Assembly (NCBI GenBank): GCA_040768745.1
Contig: JAXGMI010000001.1
Location: 1,024,001-1,088,000 of the forward strand
From: Desulfomicrobium sp.
Lineage (GTDB): Bacteria > Desulfobacterota > Desulfovibrionia > Desulfovibrionales > Desulfomicrobiaceae
Reading direction: 5' to 3'
DNA: 64,000 nt
The position numbers were made by a program, and so were the translations under genes. Below, piece after piece: positions 34,160-44,462 of this stretch; within the stretch, counting starts at the first letter, position 1, and every line of letters starts with the position of its first letter. The notes under the pieces were generated by a model. It had not been told where the DNA came from, made no database searches, and was given only the letters and a program-made list of their open reading frames with translations.

Positions 34160-35167
34160 TCACAACATATTTTTTTTCTTTAATTTTTCGATCAATGTAG
34201 TGCGTTTGATGCCCAAAATTTCGGCGGCTTTGTTTTTTACCCCGTCGGCGTTCCCCAGGGCCTCGGTCAGGAGCCGCTCCTCCACTTGGTCCAGGAATTC
34301 CTTCAGGCCCAGTTCCTGTTCGCGCAGGTCCTTGAGTTCGGGCCAGTGGAAGCCCGCTTCATGAAGAACAACCACCCGCTTGGGCACCTCCACTCCGGTT
34401 TCGCGCAGGATCTTGTCCGGAAGGTCGGCCAGGCAGACGCTGTCCCCTTCGCAGAGGATGGACAGGCGTTCCATGAAATTCTCCAATTCACGGACATTGC
34501 CGGGCCAGGAATAGTGGGAAAGAATATCGAGGACGTGATCCCCTATGGCCAGCCCTCCCGGACGGTGCTGCTCACAGAACCGCTGCAGAAAGTGCTGGGC
34601 CAGGATCAGGACGTCTCCTCCGCGTTCCCGCAGCGGCGGAAGGACGATGGGAATGACATTGAGGCGATAGAACAGGTCCTCCCGGAATGTTCCCCTGCGC
34701 ACCTCCTCCTCCAGGTCCCGGTTGGTGGCCGCCACCACCCGCACGTCGGCCTTGATGGTCTTGGTTCCCCCGACGCGATCGAACTCCCGCTCCTGCAGAA
34801 CGCGCAGGATCTTGACTTGCAGGGACAGGTCCATCTCCCCAATCTCATCCAGAAAGACCGTTCCGCCCTGGGCCATCTCAAACCGGCCGATCTTGGTCCG
34901 TATGGCATGGGTGAAGGCCCCTTTTTCGTGGCCGAAAAGTTCAGATTCGAGGAGCTCCCGCGGGATGGCCCCGCAGTTGATGGGGACAAAGGGTTTGTCA
35001 GCCCGCTTGCTGTTGCGGTGCAGGGCCCGGACCAGCAGTTCCTTGCCTGTCCCTGATTCGCCTGTAACCAGGACGGTGCTGTCCGACGGCGCGACCCGGG
35101 TCAGGATGCGAAATACATCTTGCAAGGCCGAACTCTTGCCAATAATTCCCGAAGGATCAAACGACAT
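34160..35167 (-). CDS. Sigma54-dependent activator (FleQ/FlrA-like), no N-terminal sensor
   Basis: GESGTGKE, ESELFGH, GAFTHA, FLDEIG, WPGNVREL, C-terminal Fis-type HTH. Confidence 0.9.
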   Translation of the reverse strand: MSFDPSGIIGKSSALQDVFRILTRVAPSDSTVLVTGESGTGKELLVRALHRNSKRADKPFVPINCGAIPRELLESELFGHEKGAFTHAIRTKIGRFEMAQGGTVFLDEIGEMDLSLQVKILRVLQEREFDRVGGTKTIKADVRVVAATNRDLEEEVRRGTFREDLFYRLNVIPIVLPPLRERGGDVLILAQHFLQRFCEQHRPGGLAIGDHVLDILSHYSWPGNVRELENFMERLSILCEGDSVCLADLPDKILRETGVEVPKRVVVLHEAGFHWPELKDLREQELGLKEFLDQVEERLLTEALGNADGVKNKAAEILGIKRTTLIEKLKKKNML

Positions 35168-35218
35168 AGGCCCTCCTGAACAGGGAATGCACTGAACGCT
35201 GTCGTGATGTTTGTCCAA

Positions 35219-35236
35219 CTGTCAAGAATATGACAG
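35219..35236. promoter_or_regulatory. Palindromic operator, possible FleQ/FlrA-type site
   Basis: ctgtca-agaata-tgacag (GTCA-N6-TGAC) upstream of the activator gene. Confidence 0.45.
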
Positions 35237-35252
35237 AAAAGCAACTCCAAAT

Positions 35253-35963
35253 ATGCGGATGCTGAATTTTTCTCCACAGAGCTGCACAGCCACCTTCCTG
35301 GGCCGGGAAAAACGGTTCCTGATCCATGCGGAACTCCGTGGCCATCCCGTCACTGTGCACACCAACAATTCGGGGTCCATGCTCGGCCTGCTCAGGCCAG
35401 GCATGGATATCTTCATTTCCCCGGCCCCGTCTCCCGCAAGGAAGCTGCCCTATACATTGGAACTGGTCCGGCCGGGGAAGGACTGGATCGGCGTGAACAC
35501 CCTGACTCCCAACAGGCTGCTGCAGAAGGCATGGACTGCGGGAATGCTGCCGGAGCTGGTCGGATACGGGCATTTCCAGGCCGAGGCAGTGCGCGGGGCG
35601 TCCCGGCTGGATGCCTGTCTCGCGGGGCCACAGGGCGAGTTCTGGATCGAGGCCAAGAACGTGACCATGGTCGAGGATCAGGTGGCTGCCTTCCCGGACG
35701 CCGTCACAAAGCGGGGGCAAAAGCATCTGCGGGAGCTGATGGAGTTGGCCCGCCAGGGGGCGCGGGTGGGCGTGTTTCTGGCGGTGCAGCGTCCGGACGG
35801 CCTGTGTTTTGGTCCGGCTGACTACATCGATCCGACCTTTGCGGAACTTTTTTGGCTGGCCGTCGATCATGGCGTGGAGTTCATGCCCTACGTGGTGCAC
35901 GCCAGTCCCGGGGGCATCGCCTTGGGTCACAAGCTGCCGTTGATTTCAAGGCCGCAAGAATGA
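35253..35963 (+). CDS. sfsA: Sugar fermentation stimulation protein / nuclease
   Basis: KRF, HTNNSGSM, IEAKNVT, FPDAVTKRGQKHL. Confidence 0.9.
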   Translation: MRMLNFSPQSCTATFLGREKRFLIHAELRGHPVTVHTNNSGSMLGLLRPGMDIFISPAPSPARKLPYTLELVRPGKDWIGVNTLTPNRLLQKAWTAGMLPELVGYGHFQAEAVRGASRLDACLAGPQGEFWIEAKNVTMVEDQVAAFPDAVTKRGQKHLRELMELARQGARVGVFLAVQRPDGLCFGPADYIDPTFAELFWLAVDHGVEFMPYVVHASPGGIALGHKLPLISRPQE

Positions 35964-36010
35964 ACTCCAGACCTGCCCCCCGGGAGGGCAGGTGATATCC
36001 GTCCAAGCAC

Positions 36011-36901
36011 ATGCAGGAAATAACAATGAAGGATCAACTCATCCGGGTCATTTCCGGTGAAATCAATGTCCGGGCCATGGCCTGTCTGACAACGGAGACG
36101 GTGCGCGCAGTCTGCGCCCGGCACCGGACCAGGCCTACGGCTTCCGTGGCCCTGGGCCGCGCCCTGACCGGTGGCGTGCTGCTGGGTGCCTTGCTCAAGG
36201 GGCGCCAGCGGGTGGCTCTCAAATTCGAGGGCAACGGCCCCCTGGGCAAGATCGTCGTTGAGGCAGACCCCATGTGTCTGGTCCACGGCTACGTGGGCAA
36301 TCCGAACGTGGACCTGCCCCTCAAGGGAGGTCGATTCGACATCCCGAGGGCCCTGGGCCATGCCGGATTGCTGACCGTGACCAAGGATCTGCTGCTCAAA
36401 AATCCCTATCAAGGGGTGGTCAACCTCGTGTCGGGTGAGATCGCCGAGGATATCGCCTACTACCTGACCGATTCGGAGCAAACGCCATCTGCCATGGGCC
36501 TGACCACCATCCCCGACGATTCCGGGGGAATCGTTGTGGCCGGCGGGTTTCTGATTCAGTCCCTGCCTCCGGCCAACGAGGGTGCGCTCGACCTGTTGAG
36601 CCGGCGCATTGCGGACTTGCCCCCGTTGGGCAAGGTTTTCCATGCCGGGGAAACGCCCAGGGACCTCCTGGACCGGATTTTTGGGGATATCCCCTACGAG
36701 ATCCTCGGCCACCAGGACGTGGCCTTCCACTGCCCCTGCTCCCGGGACCGTGTGGAGCAGGCCCTCGTCACCCTGGGCCCTGCCGAAATCCGGTCTCTGG
36801 CCGAGCGAGCCGAGGACACGACCGTGACCTGCGAATTCTGCCGCGAGCCCTACACCTTCACCCCCGATGACCTGCGTCGGCTGGCGGACGAGCGGCACTA
36901 G
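36011..36901 (+). CDS. hslO: Hsp33 redox-regulated chaperone (alternative start 36026)
   Basis: GNGPLG, SEQTPS, GGFLIQ, CPCS...CEFC zinc motif. Confidence 0.93.
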   Translation: MQEITMKDQLIRVISGEINVRAMACLTTETVRAVCARHRTRPTASVALGRALTGGVLLGALLKGRQRVALKFEGNGPLGKIVVEADPMCLVHGYVGNPNVDLPLKGGRFDIPRALGHAGLLTVTKDLLLKNPYQGVVNLVSGEIAEDIAYYLTDSEQTPSAMGLTTIPDDSGGIVVAGGFLIQSLPPANEGALDLLSRRIADLPPLGKVFHAGETPRDLLDRIFGDIPYEILGHQDVAFHCPCSRDRVEQALVTLGPAEIRSLAERAEDTTVTCEFCREPYTFTPDDLRRLADERH

Positions 36902-36903
36902 TG

Positions 36904-37068
36904 GGAGTGAAGAAGCCTCCGGCGGGCTGACGAGATCCACGGAGGCTCGCCCCTGCACTCCGTTCAAAAGGTCGGTTTCTCTTGTTCCCAAAGGCATGGA
37001 TCCCCGCCTTTCGGGAATTCCGATCAATGGGCGTGAAAAAGGCCGCCCTCCTTCCGAAAAACGGCCTT
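36904..37068. terminator. Hairpin cluster between convergent hslO and folE2
   Basis: ggagtg..agcctccg / cggaggct..cactcc and aaggccg / cggcctt inverted repeats. Confidence 0.45.
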
Positions 37069-37186
37069 GTTGCTTTTCGTCTTCAAAAAATCAGACCATC
37101 ATGTCGAAATGCGTGTGCAGGGCTGCACGTTCTCCATCATGGGGGCGTCTCCTCAGGGGTTCACAATATCCCGGCCGGACGTTTCG

Positions 37187-37960
37187 TCATTCCCCCATCT
37201 GTTCGATGCAGGCGTAGGCGCTGTGGTTGTGGATGGACTCGAAGGACTCCACCTCCACCCGGAATCCGCGCACCCGGGGATGTGCGGACAGGCGGGCCGC
37301 GGCGTTGCGGACCACGTCTTCCACAAAGGCGGGGGAGGCAAAGGCCGTTTCGGTCACGAATTTTTCGTCCTCGCGCTTGAGGAGCGCATAGACCGGTGAC
37401 GAGCCCGACTGCTGGCCGATGGCGATGAGGTCTTCCAGCCAGAGCATGCCCGAAAATTCAGCCTCAATGCGGACCAGAGCTCGTTGGCTGTGCGCCCCCT
37501 CGTCGGAAATGGCCTTGGAGCAGGGGCAGACGGTCATGACCGGCACCTCCACGCCCAGGACCAGCCTGACCTTGTCGTCCAGCAGGTTTCCCCGCAGGAA
37601 GCAGGGGTAATCCATGAGCGCGGGGCTGCCCGTGACCGGCGCCTCGTGCTCCAGGAAATAGGTGAACTGGAAACACAGGTGGGAGCTGCGGGCCTGCAGC
37701 CGGTCCCGCAGATCCAGAAGCAGATTGCCGCAGCTGGCCGCATCCAGGACCGTGTTCATGTTCCGCAGCGCCTCCAGGAAACGGCTCATGTGCGTGCCCT
37801 TGAACTCTGCCGGAAGGTCCACGCTCAAGTCCACCCTGGCCACTGTGTGCTGCCGCCCCCTGGCCCTGTCCCTGACTGTCAGCGGGATGGAAAGCTCCTT
37901 GACTCCAACCCGGTCGATGCGCAGGGCCACCTCCGCCGGCCCGCTTTGTACGTCGCGCAT
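37187..37960 (-). CDS. folE2: GTP cyclohydrolase IB
   Basis: [36 protein letters not shown]. Confidence 0.95.
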   Translation of the reverse strand: MRDVQSGPAEVALRIDRVGVKELSIPLTVRDRARGRQHTVARVDLSVDLPAEFKGTHMSRFLEALRNMNTVLDAASCGNLLLDLRDRLQARSSHLCFQFTYFLEHEAPVTGSPALMDYPCFLRGNLLDDKVRLVLGVEVPVMTVCPCSKAISDEGAHSQRALVRIEAEFSGMLWLEDLIAIGQQSGSSPVYALLKREDEKFVTETAFASPAFVEDVVRNAAARLSAHPRVRGFRVEVESFESIHNHSAYACIEQMGE

Positions 37961-38379
37961 CAGACCAGGTCCTGTCCGGTGGTGGCCAGACTGAGTTTGC
38001 CGTGCTTGACGCCCTTGGTGGAGATCAGCCGCTCGGCCGTGGCCTTGATGTCCTGGCCAGGACCGCGCAGGACGAGCACCTCCATGCAGTTGTGATGGTC
38101 CAGGTGGATATGCAGGGAGGTGATGATGACATCCAGGCTCGAGTGCTGGATCTCGATCATTTTCTGGGCCAGGTCCGAATGGTGATGGTCATACACCAGG
38201 GTCAGGGTACCCACCATTTCCCGGTTCAGGTCCTCCCATTCCTTCTGCACCAGGGTGTTGCGGATGAGGTCCCGGATGGCCTCTGAGCGGGTCTGGTAGC
38301 AGCGTTCTTCGCACAGGGCGTCGAATTTTTCCAGCAGGTCGGAGTCCAGAGAAACCCCGAAACGTATGGTTTGACCCAT
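37960..38379 (-). CDS. nikR: Nickel-responsive regulator
   Basis: [29 protein letters not shown]. Confidence 0.95.
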   Translation of the reverse strand: MGQTIRFGVSLDSDLLEKFDALCEERCYQTRSEAIRDLIRNTLVQKEWEDLNREMVGTLTLVYDHHHSDLAQKMIEIQHSSLDVIITSLHIHLDHHNCMEVLVLRGPGQDIKATAERLISTKGVKHGKLSLATTGQDLV

Positions 38380-38396
38380 TCATTCCTCCTTGTTCA

Positions 38397-39059
38397 TTAC
38401 AGACGGCTAAGTTCCCAGACATTGACGGTCATGCGGGAGTGTTCAAAGGGAACCACCACCTGGCCTTGGTTTCTGACCCTCCAGCCCCGCCGGGCGAATC
38501 TGGACCACACATTGCGGGACACGGTCCGCTCCGGATCCCCGAACCAGACCTGGCCCCCGGGGGCCAGACAGCGCAGCAGAAGCGCTTCCAGGGGCTCGAA
38601 AAAACGCTGTTCGTAGAGGACATCCCCGCCCCAGATACAGTCAAACGTTCCAGCCGAAAATCCCGGATGGTTCCAGTCCATGCGCACCCACAGCGGCTGG
38701 GGCACCCCGTTCAGGCGGGCATTGCCTGACGCGTAGCGCAGGGCGTCCTCCTCGCAGTCCATGCCGACCACTTCAGCTCCGAGATCCGACGCCACCAGGG
38801 CGGACAGGCCCAGACCGCAGCCGAGGTCCAGACAGCGGCTTCTGGCCAGGGACTGTGCGTTGCGGGCCAGCCAGTCGCACAGGGCCAGGGTCGCCGGCCA
38901 CAGCTCCACCCAGTAGGGAATGTGCTCCTCGGCCTCGGGGTCGGTCTCATCCAGGCCCTGCCACAGTGATTCCAGATCCGCCGGGCGTTCCAGGACCCAT
39001 GACCTGCCGGCAGCGAACACATGGAGCCTCTGGCGCCGGGGCCGATCACTGTCCGGCAT
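38397..39059 (-). CDS. Class I SAM-dependent methyltransferase (family 16-like)
   Basis: PYWVELWP, LDLGCGLG, GDVLY. Confidence 0.8.
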   Translation of the reverse strand: MPDSDRPRRQRLHVFAAGRSWVLERPADLESLWQGLDETDPEAEEHIPYWVELWPATLALCDWLARNAQSLARSRCLDLGCGLGLSALVASDLGAEVVGMDCEEDALRYASGNARLNGVPQPLWVRMDWNHPGFSAGTFDCIWGGDVLYEQRFFEPLEALLLRCLAPGGQVWFGDPERTVSRNVWSRFARRGWRVRNQGQVVVPFEHSRMTVNVWELSRL

Positions 39060-40563
39060 CAGGATGCATGCCTGCCATCATCAGGCCGATGTTGTCGACG
39101 CGCTGACGGTCCTGGGCTGAAAAGGTGTCCACGATGCGGCCGCCGAACATGACCGCGATGCGGTCGGCCAGGGCCAGGGCCTCGGCCAGGTCCCCGGTGA
39201 CCAGGAGAATTCCGGCCTCTTGGCGGGCATCCAGGAGTGTGGCCCAGACCTCCTCGATGGCCGAGACATCCAGCCCCTGGGTGGGCTGCTCGGCCACGAT
39301 CAGGCGCGGGCGGCGATGGAATTCGCGGGCCAGGACAAGCTTCTGCAGGTTTCCGCCGGACAGCTGGCGGGCCAGGCAATGCACGTCCGGCGGTGAAACC
39401 TTGAACTGGTCCACCAGTTCCTGGGTCACAGCAGTGGCCTTGCTGCGCTGGAGCCAGACAGGGGTGGAGTATCCCTGGCGGGTGGTGAGCAGAAAATTGT
39501 CCACCAGGTCCATGCCCCGGCAGACCGCCAGGCCCATGCGGTCCTCGGGTATGTAGCTCAGGCCTCCCTGCCAGGGTGCGTTGTCAAAAAAAATTTTCCA
39601 GGGTTTGCCGAGAAGGCTGATTTCCCCCCGGGCAGGGGCTTGCAGGCCGCAGATCGTCTCGACCAGATCCTTCTGGCCGTTTCCGGCCACGCCGACGACG
39701 GCCAGGATTTCACCCTGCCGGAGGCTGACCGAAATGTCCTGAAGGCTCCCGGCCCACACGCCCTGCATGCGCAGGACGTTCTGGCGGAGTTCTCCGGGTT
39801 CGCGGGACACGTCCAGGAGCACTTCGCGGCCGACCATGCGACTGGCCAGGTCGGCCTGGGAGTGGACCGCTTGGGCTGGAACTTCGTCCACGATCTGCCC
39901 CCTGCGCAGGATGGCGATCTCGTCGGCCAGGGCCATGACCTCCCCCAGTTTGTGGGAGATGTACACAATGGCCTTACCCTGGGCCGCCATGCTCCTCAGG
40001 GCCACGAAAAGCTGTTCCCCTTCCTGGGGGGTGAGCACGGCCGTGGGTTCGTCAAAGATGAGGATGCGGCTTTTGCGGTGCAGGAGTTTGAGGATCTCCA
40101 CGCGCTGCTTCTCGCCCATGGACAGGTCGGCCACCCGGGCGTCGGGGTCGATGTCCAGGCCGTAGGTCTTGGCCAGACCGCGAACCTGGTGGCCCATGGC
40201 CTGGGGCGAAAGGAAAAAGCCCGGTTCCTGCCCGAGGAACACGTTTTCGGTCACGCTCATGTCCTCCACCAGCATGAAGTGCTGGTAGACCATGCCGATC
40301 CCGGCCCGGAGGGCGTCCCTGGTGGAGCGGAAAAGACACGCTTGCCCGTCAACGAGAATCTCGCCGGAATCGGGGTGGTAGTGACCGGCCAGGATGGACA
40401 TCAGCGTGCTCTTGCCCGCCCCGTTTTCGCCCAGCAGGGCCTTGATCCGGCCCGGCCTGATGTCCAGGCTGATGTCGCTGTTGGCCCGCACCTGGCCGAA
40501 AGCCTTGGTGATGCCACGCAGGCTGACCACGGGCGGGGTGGACATGCCGATGACCGAGGCCAC
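39046..40563 (-). CDS. Nucleoside/purine ABC transporter ATP-binding protein (CUT2 type; start may be 40545)
   Basis: GENGAGKST, HFMLV, DEPT, LSGGNLQK; two NBDs. Confidence 0.9.
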   Translation of the reverse strand: MASVIGMSTPPVVSLRGITKAFGQVRANSDISLDIRPGRIKALLGENGAGKSTLMSILAGHYHPDSGEILVDGQACLFRSTRDALRAGIGMVYQHFMLVEDMSVTENVFLGQEPGFFLSPQAMGHQVRGLAKTYGLDIDPDARVADLSMGEKQRVEILKLLHRKSRILIFDEPTAVLTPQEGEQLFVALRSMAAQGKAIVYISHKLGEVMALADEIAILRRGQIVDEVPAQAVHSQADLASRMVGREVLLDVSREPGELRQNVLRMQGVWAGSLQDISVSLRQGEILAVVGVAGNGQKDLVETICGLQAPARGEISLLGKPWKIFFDNAPWQGGLSYIPEDRMGLAVCRGMDLVDNFLLTTRQGYSTPVWLQRSKATAVTQELVDQFKVSPPDVHCLARQLSGGNLQKLVLAREFHRRPRLIVAEQPTQGLDVSAIEEVWATLLDARQEAGILLVTGDLAEALALADRIAVMFGGRIVDTFSAQDRQRVDNIGLMMAGMHPDAGQ

Positions 40564-40566
40564 GGG

Positions 40567-41055
40567 TCAGCCCTGCCGCATCCCGGCGGCGATGGGCTGC
40601 ACGAACTGGGATTCGGCATCCCAGGGGAAGAGGATCCAGGTGTCCTGGCTGACCTCGGTGATGAAGGTGTCCACCAAGGGCCGCCCGGCCGGTTTGGCGT
40701 AGACGGTGGCGAAATGGGCCTTGGGCAGGAGATCGCGGATGAGTTTTGCGGTGCGGCCGGTGTCGACCAGGTCGTCGATGATGAGCCAGCCTTCGCCATT
40801 GCCCGGAATGCCCTTCAGGAGTTTCACCTCGCCCTTCTGATTTTTCCAATCGTAGCTGGACACGCAGATCGTGTCGACCAGCCGGATATCTAGTTCGCGG
40901 GCAATGATGGCCGCGGGGACAAGGCCGCCGCGGGTCACGGCGATGATGCCGTTGAAGAAGTCCTTGTCCAGGAGACGCCAGGACAGGGCCTTGGCGTCGC
41001 GGTGCAACTGGTCCCAGGAAATGGGGTAGGTGCGTTGATACCTGTTTTCGGTCAT
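40567..41055 (-). CDS. gpt: Xanthine-guanine phosphoribosyltransferase
   Basis: [29 protein letters not shown]. Confidence 0.93.
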   Translation of the reverse strand: MTENRYQRTYPISWDQLHRDAKALSWRLLDKDFFNGIIAVTRGGLVPAAIIARELDIRLVDTICVSSYDWKNQKGEVKLLKGIPGNGEGWLIIDDLVDTGRTAKLIRDLLPKAHFATVYAKPAGRPLVDTFITEVSQDTWILFPWDAESQFVQPIAAGMRQG

Positions 41056-41064
41056 GTGGGTGCC

Positions 41065-41985
41065 CTATTCCGAAGGTTCGACGTTGACGCCGAGCGCGGC
41101 TGGCGCTTCGGTGCGATGACCGCGCCAGGACGAAAAGGCCAGGGCGGCGATGGTCAAGACATAGGGGAGCATGAGCAGGATGGACGAGGGCAAGGCTGTG
41201 CCCATGGCCTGCAGGCGGAGCTGAAAGGCCATGACCCCCCCGAAAAGGTAGGCCCCGAGCATGGCCCTGCCCGGCTTCCAGAAAGCGAAGATGACCAGGG
41301 CCACGGCGATCCAGCCGCGGCCGGAGGTCAAGCCGTTGGTCCACAGGTGGGTGTAGGCCAGGCTCAGGTAGCTGCCGCCGCACCCCACCAGGATTCCGCC
41401 ACCCAGGAGGGCTGCCCACCGGAAGCCGAGGACGTTCAGTCCTGCGGCACGGGTCGCGGCCGGGCTTTCCCCGGCGGCGCGGATGCCCAGACCCCAGCGG
41501 GTATAGCGGAGAAAGGCCCACATGAGGGGGGGAATCAGATAGGATGTGTACACCAGGGCGTCCTGCTGGAAGAGTATCGGACCCAGGACAGGCAGTTCGC
41601 CCAGGATGGGGAGGGAGAATTTGTCAAACCCGGGGGCGGTCTGCCCGATGTACCGGGTGCCGAAATATCCGGCCAGGCCCGTGCCGAAGATGGTCAGGGC
41701 CAGGCCGGAGACGACCTGGTTGCCCAGAAAGGCGATGCACACAATGCCGTGTACAGCGGCCATGCCCATGCCGGCCAGCCCTCCGGCCACAAAGGCCAGA
41801 ACCGGCGAGCCCGTGTGCAGGGCGACCAGGAAGCCCGCCAGCGCCCCGACCAGCATCATCCCCTCCACGCCCATGTTCAGGGTGCCGCCCTTTTCGGTCA
41901 GGATCTCGCCCAGGGTGGCAAAAAGGATGGGCGTGCCGGCCTGAATCGTGGCCGCCAGCAGGGAGAGCAGGATTTCCGGGCTCAT
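41065..41985 (-). CDS. Nucleoside ABC transporter permease
   Basis: EKGGTLNMGVEG, GESP...G, GRGWIAVA, LPYV. Confidence 0.88.
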   Translation of the reverse strand: MSPEILLSLLAATIQAGTPILFATLGEILTEKGGTLNMGVEGMMLVGALAGFLVALHTGSPVLAFVAGGLAGMGMAAVHGIVCIAFLGNQVVSGLALTIFGTGLAGYFGTRYIGQTAPGFDKFSLPILGELPVLGPILFQQDALVYTSYLIPPLMWAFLRYTRWGLGIRAAGESPAATRAAGLNVLGFRWAALLGGGILVGCGGSYLSLAYTHLWTNGLTSGRGWIAVALVIFAFWKPGRAMLGAYLFGGVMAFQLRLQAMGTALPSSILLMLPYVLTIAALAFSSWRGHRTEAPAALGVNVEPSE

Positions 41986-43046
41986 CCCCTGGTTCTCCAT
42001 TGCAGGCGATAGCGGGAAAAGAATCCTCCGGACAGGATGGCCAGGAGAACAAAACCCTCCATGATGCTGCCGAAGGACGCAGGGACCTGCAGGTCGAGCT
42101 GCAGGGTTTCCATCCCCACGCGGAGCCCTGCCAGAAGGAACGACGCCACGGCAATGACCAGGGGGCGCAGGTTGGCCAGCCAGGCCACGACAATGGCCGT
42201 GTAGCCGTAGCCGGACATGATGCTTGGCTGCAAGCGGCCCAGAATGGCCGAGGATTCCAGAAATCCGGCCCACCCGGACAGGGCCCCGCTGACAACCATG
42301 ACCGTGACCACCAGCCCGGCATAAGGCATGCGGGCGGAGCGGGCCGCGCGGACGTTTTCTCCGCAGGCCCGCAGTTCGTATCCCAGGCGGGTGAAACGCA
42401 AGAAGACGCTCATGCACCCGCCGGCCACAAGACAGAGGGCCAAGCCCCAGTTCAGGCGCGTGTCGCCGATGCGGCCGACCACGGCGGCGGGCACGAACTC
42501 CGAAGTCATGGGGAAGCCGAAGCTGCCCGGGTCCTTCCAGACCCCGTAGACCAGATATTCCAAAACCAGGATGCCCACGTAGTTGAGCATGAGGGTGACA
42601 ATGATCTCGTTGGCCCCGAGCTTGAGCCGGAGCAGGGCCGGGATGGCCCCCCACAGAGCCCCGGCCAGGGATGCGCAGGCAAGCATGGCTGGCAGCAGTG
42701 CGTACCAAGGCCAGGCCGGGAAGGTCAGGGCCATCCACGTGGCGCCCACGGCGCCGAGGGCGAACTGGCCCTCGGCCCCGATGTTCCAGATCTGCAGGCG
42801 GAAGGTCAGCCCCACGCCCGTGGCGCAGAGGAAGATGGGCACAGCCTTGACCAGGCAGTCCTCCAGAGCAAAGCCCGAGCCGAAGGCGCTGTGCACCAGC
42901 AGCCACAGCCCACCCAGGGCGGGTTTGCCTCCCATGGCCAGAAGCATCCCGCTGAACGAGAAGGCCAGGGTCAGGGCTGCCAGAAAAATAAGACAGGAGC
43001 CCCATCCCAGAGGCTCCTGTCGTTTGACGGCACAGAGTTCACGCAT
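41982..43046 (-). CDS. Nucleoside ABC transporter permease
   Basis: WNIGAEGQ, NEIIVTLMLNY, GYELRACGEN, GYGYTAIVVA. Confidence 0.88.
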   Translation of the reverse strand: MRELCAVKRQEPLGWGSCLIFLAALTLAFSFSGMLLAMGGKPALGGLWLLVHSAFGSGFALEDCLVKAVPIFLCATGVGLTFRLQIWNIGAEGQFALGAVGATWMALTFPAWPWYALLPAMLACASLAGALWGAIPALLRLKLGANEIIVTLMLNYVGILVLEYLVYGVWKDPGSFGFPMTSEFVPAAVVGRIGDTRLNWGLALCLVAGGCMSVFLRFTRLGYELRACGENVRAARSARMPYAGLVVTVMVVSGALSGWAGFLESSAILGRLQPSIMSGYGYTAIVVAWLANLRPLVIAVASFLLAGLRVGMETLQLDLQVPASFGSIMEGFVLLAILSGGFFSRYRLQWRTRG

Positions 43047-43069
43047 CGCAGGTCCCCAGAAGGCGGCCC

Positions 43070-44128
43070 TTACTCCAGGGTGCCGACGACACCCTGCACG
43101 AACCAGTTGAACCCGAGCAGGTCCGCATCGGACATGACCGCACCTGCAGCCACCTTTTCCTTTCCGGCCTGGTCCCTGATGGGGCCGCTGAACACCTTGT
43201 ACGCGCCCGAGGCGATCTCCAGCTTTTTGGCCAGGACTTTCTTCTGCACGTCCCCGGGCACCATGGGGCCGAAGGGGGCGATATCCACGATGCCCTTGTC
43301 CAACCCGTACCAGTAGAACTGACTCTTCCAGGTCCCGTCTTTGATCTGCTGGACCATTTCCTTGTAAAAGGGACCCCAGTTCCACACGGCCGAGGTCAGG
43401 TGGGACTTGGGCGCGAAGGACGACATGTCCGTGTTGTAGCCGATGGAGTACGCTCCCCGTTCCTGGGCAGCTTCCTGCGGACCGGGCGAATCCTGGTGCT
43501 GGGCGATGACGTCGCAGCCCACATCCAGCAGGGATTTGGCAGCCTCCTTCTCCGTGGCCGGATCGTACCAGGTCTTGGTCCAGACCACGCGGACCTGGAC
43601 ATCGGGATTGACGGCCTGTGCCCCCAGGGCAAAGGCGTTGATGCCGCGGATGACCTCAGGGATGGGCAAGGCGGCCACATAGCCGAGGGTCTTGGACTTG
43701 GTCATGGCTCCGGCGACCATGCCGGTCAGGTAGCGGGCCTGGTAGATGCGCCCGAAATAATTGGCCATGTTCGGAGCGTTCTTGTAGCCGGAGCAGTGCA
43801 TGAACGTGACCTTGGGAAAATCCTTGGCGACTTTCAGCATGGGATCCATGTATCCGTAGCTCGTGGCGAAGATGACGTCATAGCCTTTGCGGGCCATGTT
43901 CAAGATGACACGCTCGGAGTCCTGCCCCTCGGCCACGGATTCGACAAAGGACGTGGTCACTCCGTCCATGGCCTCCACGGCCAGGCGGCCCTGGTCGTGG
44001 GCGTAGGAGTATCCGGCGTCACCAACAGGGGATACATACACAAATCCGACTTTCAGGTCTTCGGCGAAGCAGGTCGATCCCAGAGCCAGAAGCGCTATGA
44101 AAACCAAAAGTATACTTTTTCGCATCAT
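43070..44128 (-). CDS. BMP-family ABC substrate-binding protein (purine nucleoside)
   Basis: Signal peptide, GFVYVSPVGDAGYSYAHD, IPEVIRGINAF, WYDP. Confidence 0.9.
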   Translation of the reverse strand: MMRKSILLVFIALLALGSTCFAEDLKVGFVYVSPVGDAGYSYAHDQGRLAVEAMDGVTTSFVESVAEGQDSERVILNMARKGYDVIFATSYGYMDPMLKVAKDFPKVTFMHCSGYKNAPNMANYFGRIYQARYLTGMVAGAMTKSKTLGYVAALPIPEVIRGINAFALGAQAVNPDVQVRVVWTKTWYDPATEKEAAKSLLDVGCDVIAQHQDSPGPQEAAQERGAYSIGYNTDMSSFAPKSHLTSAVWNWGPFYKEMVQQIKDGTWKSQFYWYGLDKGIVDIAPFGPMVPGDVQKKVLAKKLEIASGAYKVFSGPIRDQAGKEKVAAGAVMSDADLLGFNWFVQGVVGTLE

Positions 44129-44342
44129 CCTTCCTCCGTGGGTGGTTCTGAAAGGGGGCAGTTTCTCTGGTGGGCGGCGCGCCCGGTCAGAGGAAAGTTC
44201 CGAGAGACAAGACATAGTCAATCGACCCTGGGCTGGCAACAGATCAGATCCATCCCCTGCTCGGTATCCGGAAAAAGAGCACGAAAGTCAGTCCGCCCAG
44301 TGCGATTTCCGGGAAAACGGGACAAAAGCACAGGGCATTCGT

Positions 44343-44358
44343 CGGCACAGAACATGCA
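44343..44358 (+). promoter_or_regulatory. Candidate sigma54 promoter for the RHH-PilZ gene
   Basis: CGGCACAGAACATGCA = GG-N10-GC. Confidence 0.35.
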
Positions 44359-44462
44359 ATTATTCTGAATTTCAGACGGTTGTCGAAAGTGTGCTTTTGG
44401 CATGGGTTTTCCATAGCCTGGCGCTGCACGGATACTGCCGGCAGAACGACCGCGGAGGACCC

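Noticed and set aside
37091..37189. Reading frame stays open for 31 codons after the folE2 TGA (possible selenocysteine read-through)
   Set aside because: FolE2 is already complete at HNHSAY, the TGA is not at a Cys-equivalent position, and no SECIS-like hairpin was recognised.
44129..44340. Possible purine riboswitch upstream of the BMP/gpt operon
   Set aside because: Only a generic hairpin; no purine-riboswitch core sequences seen.
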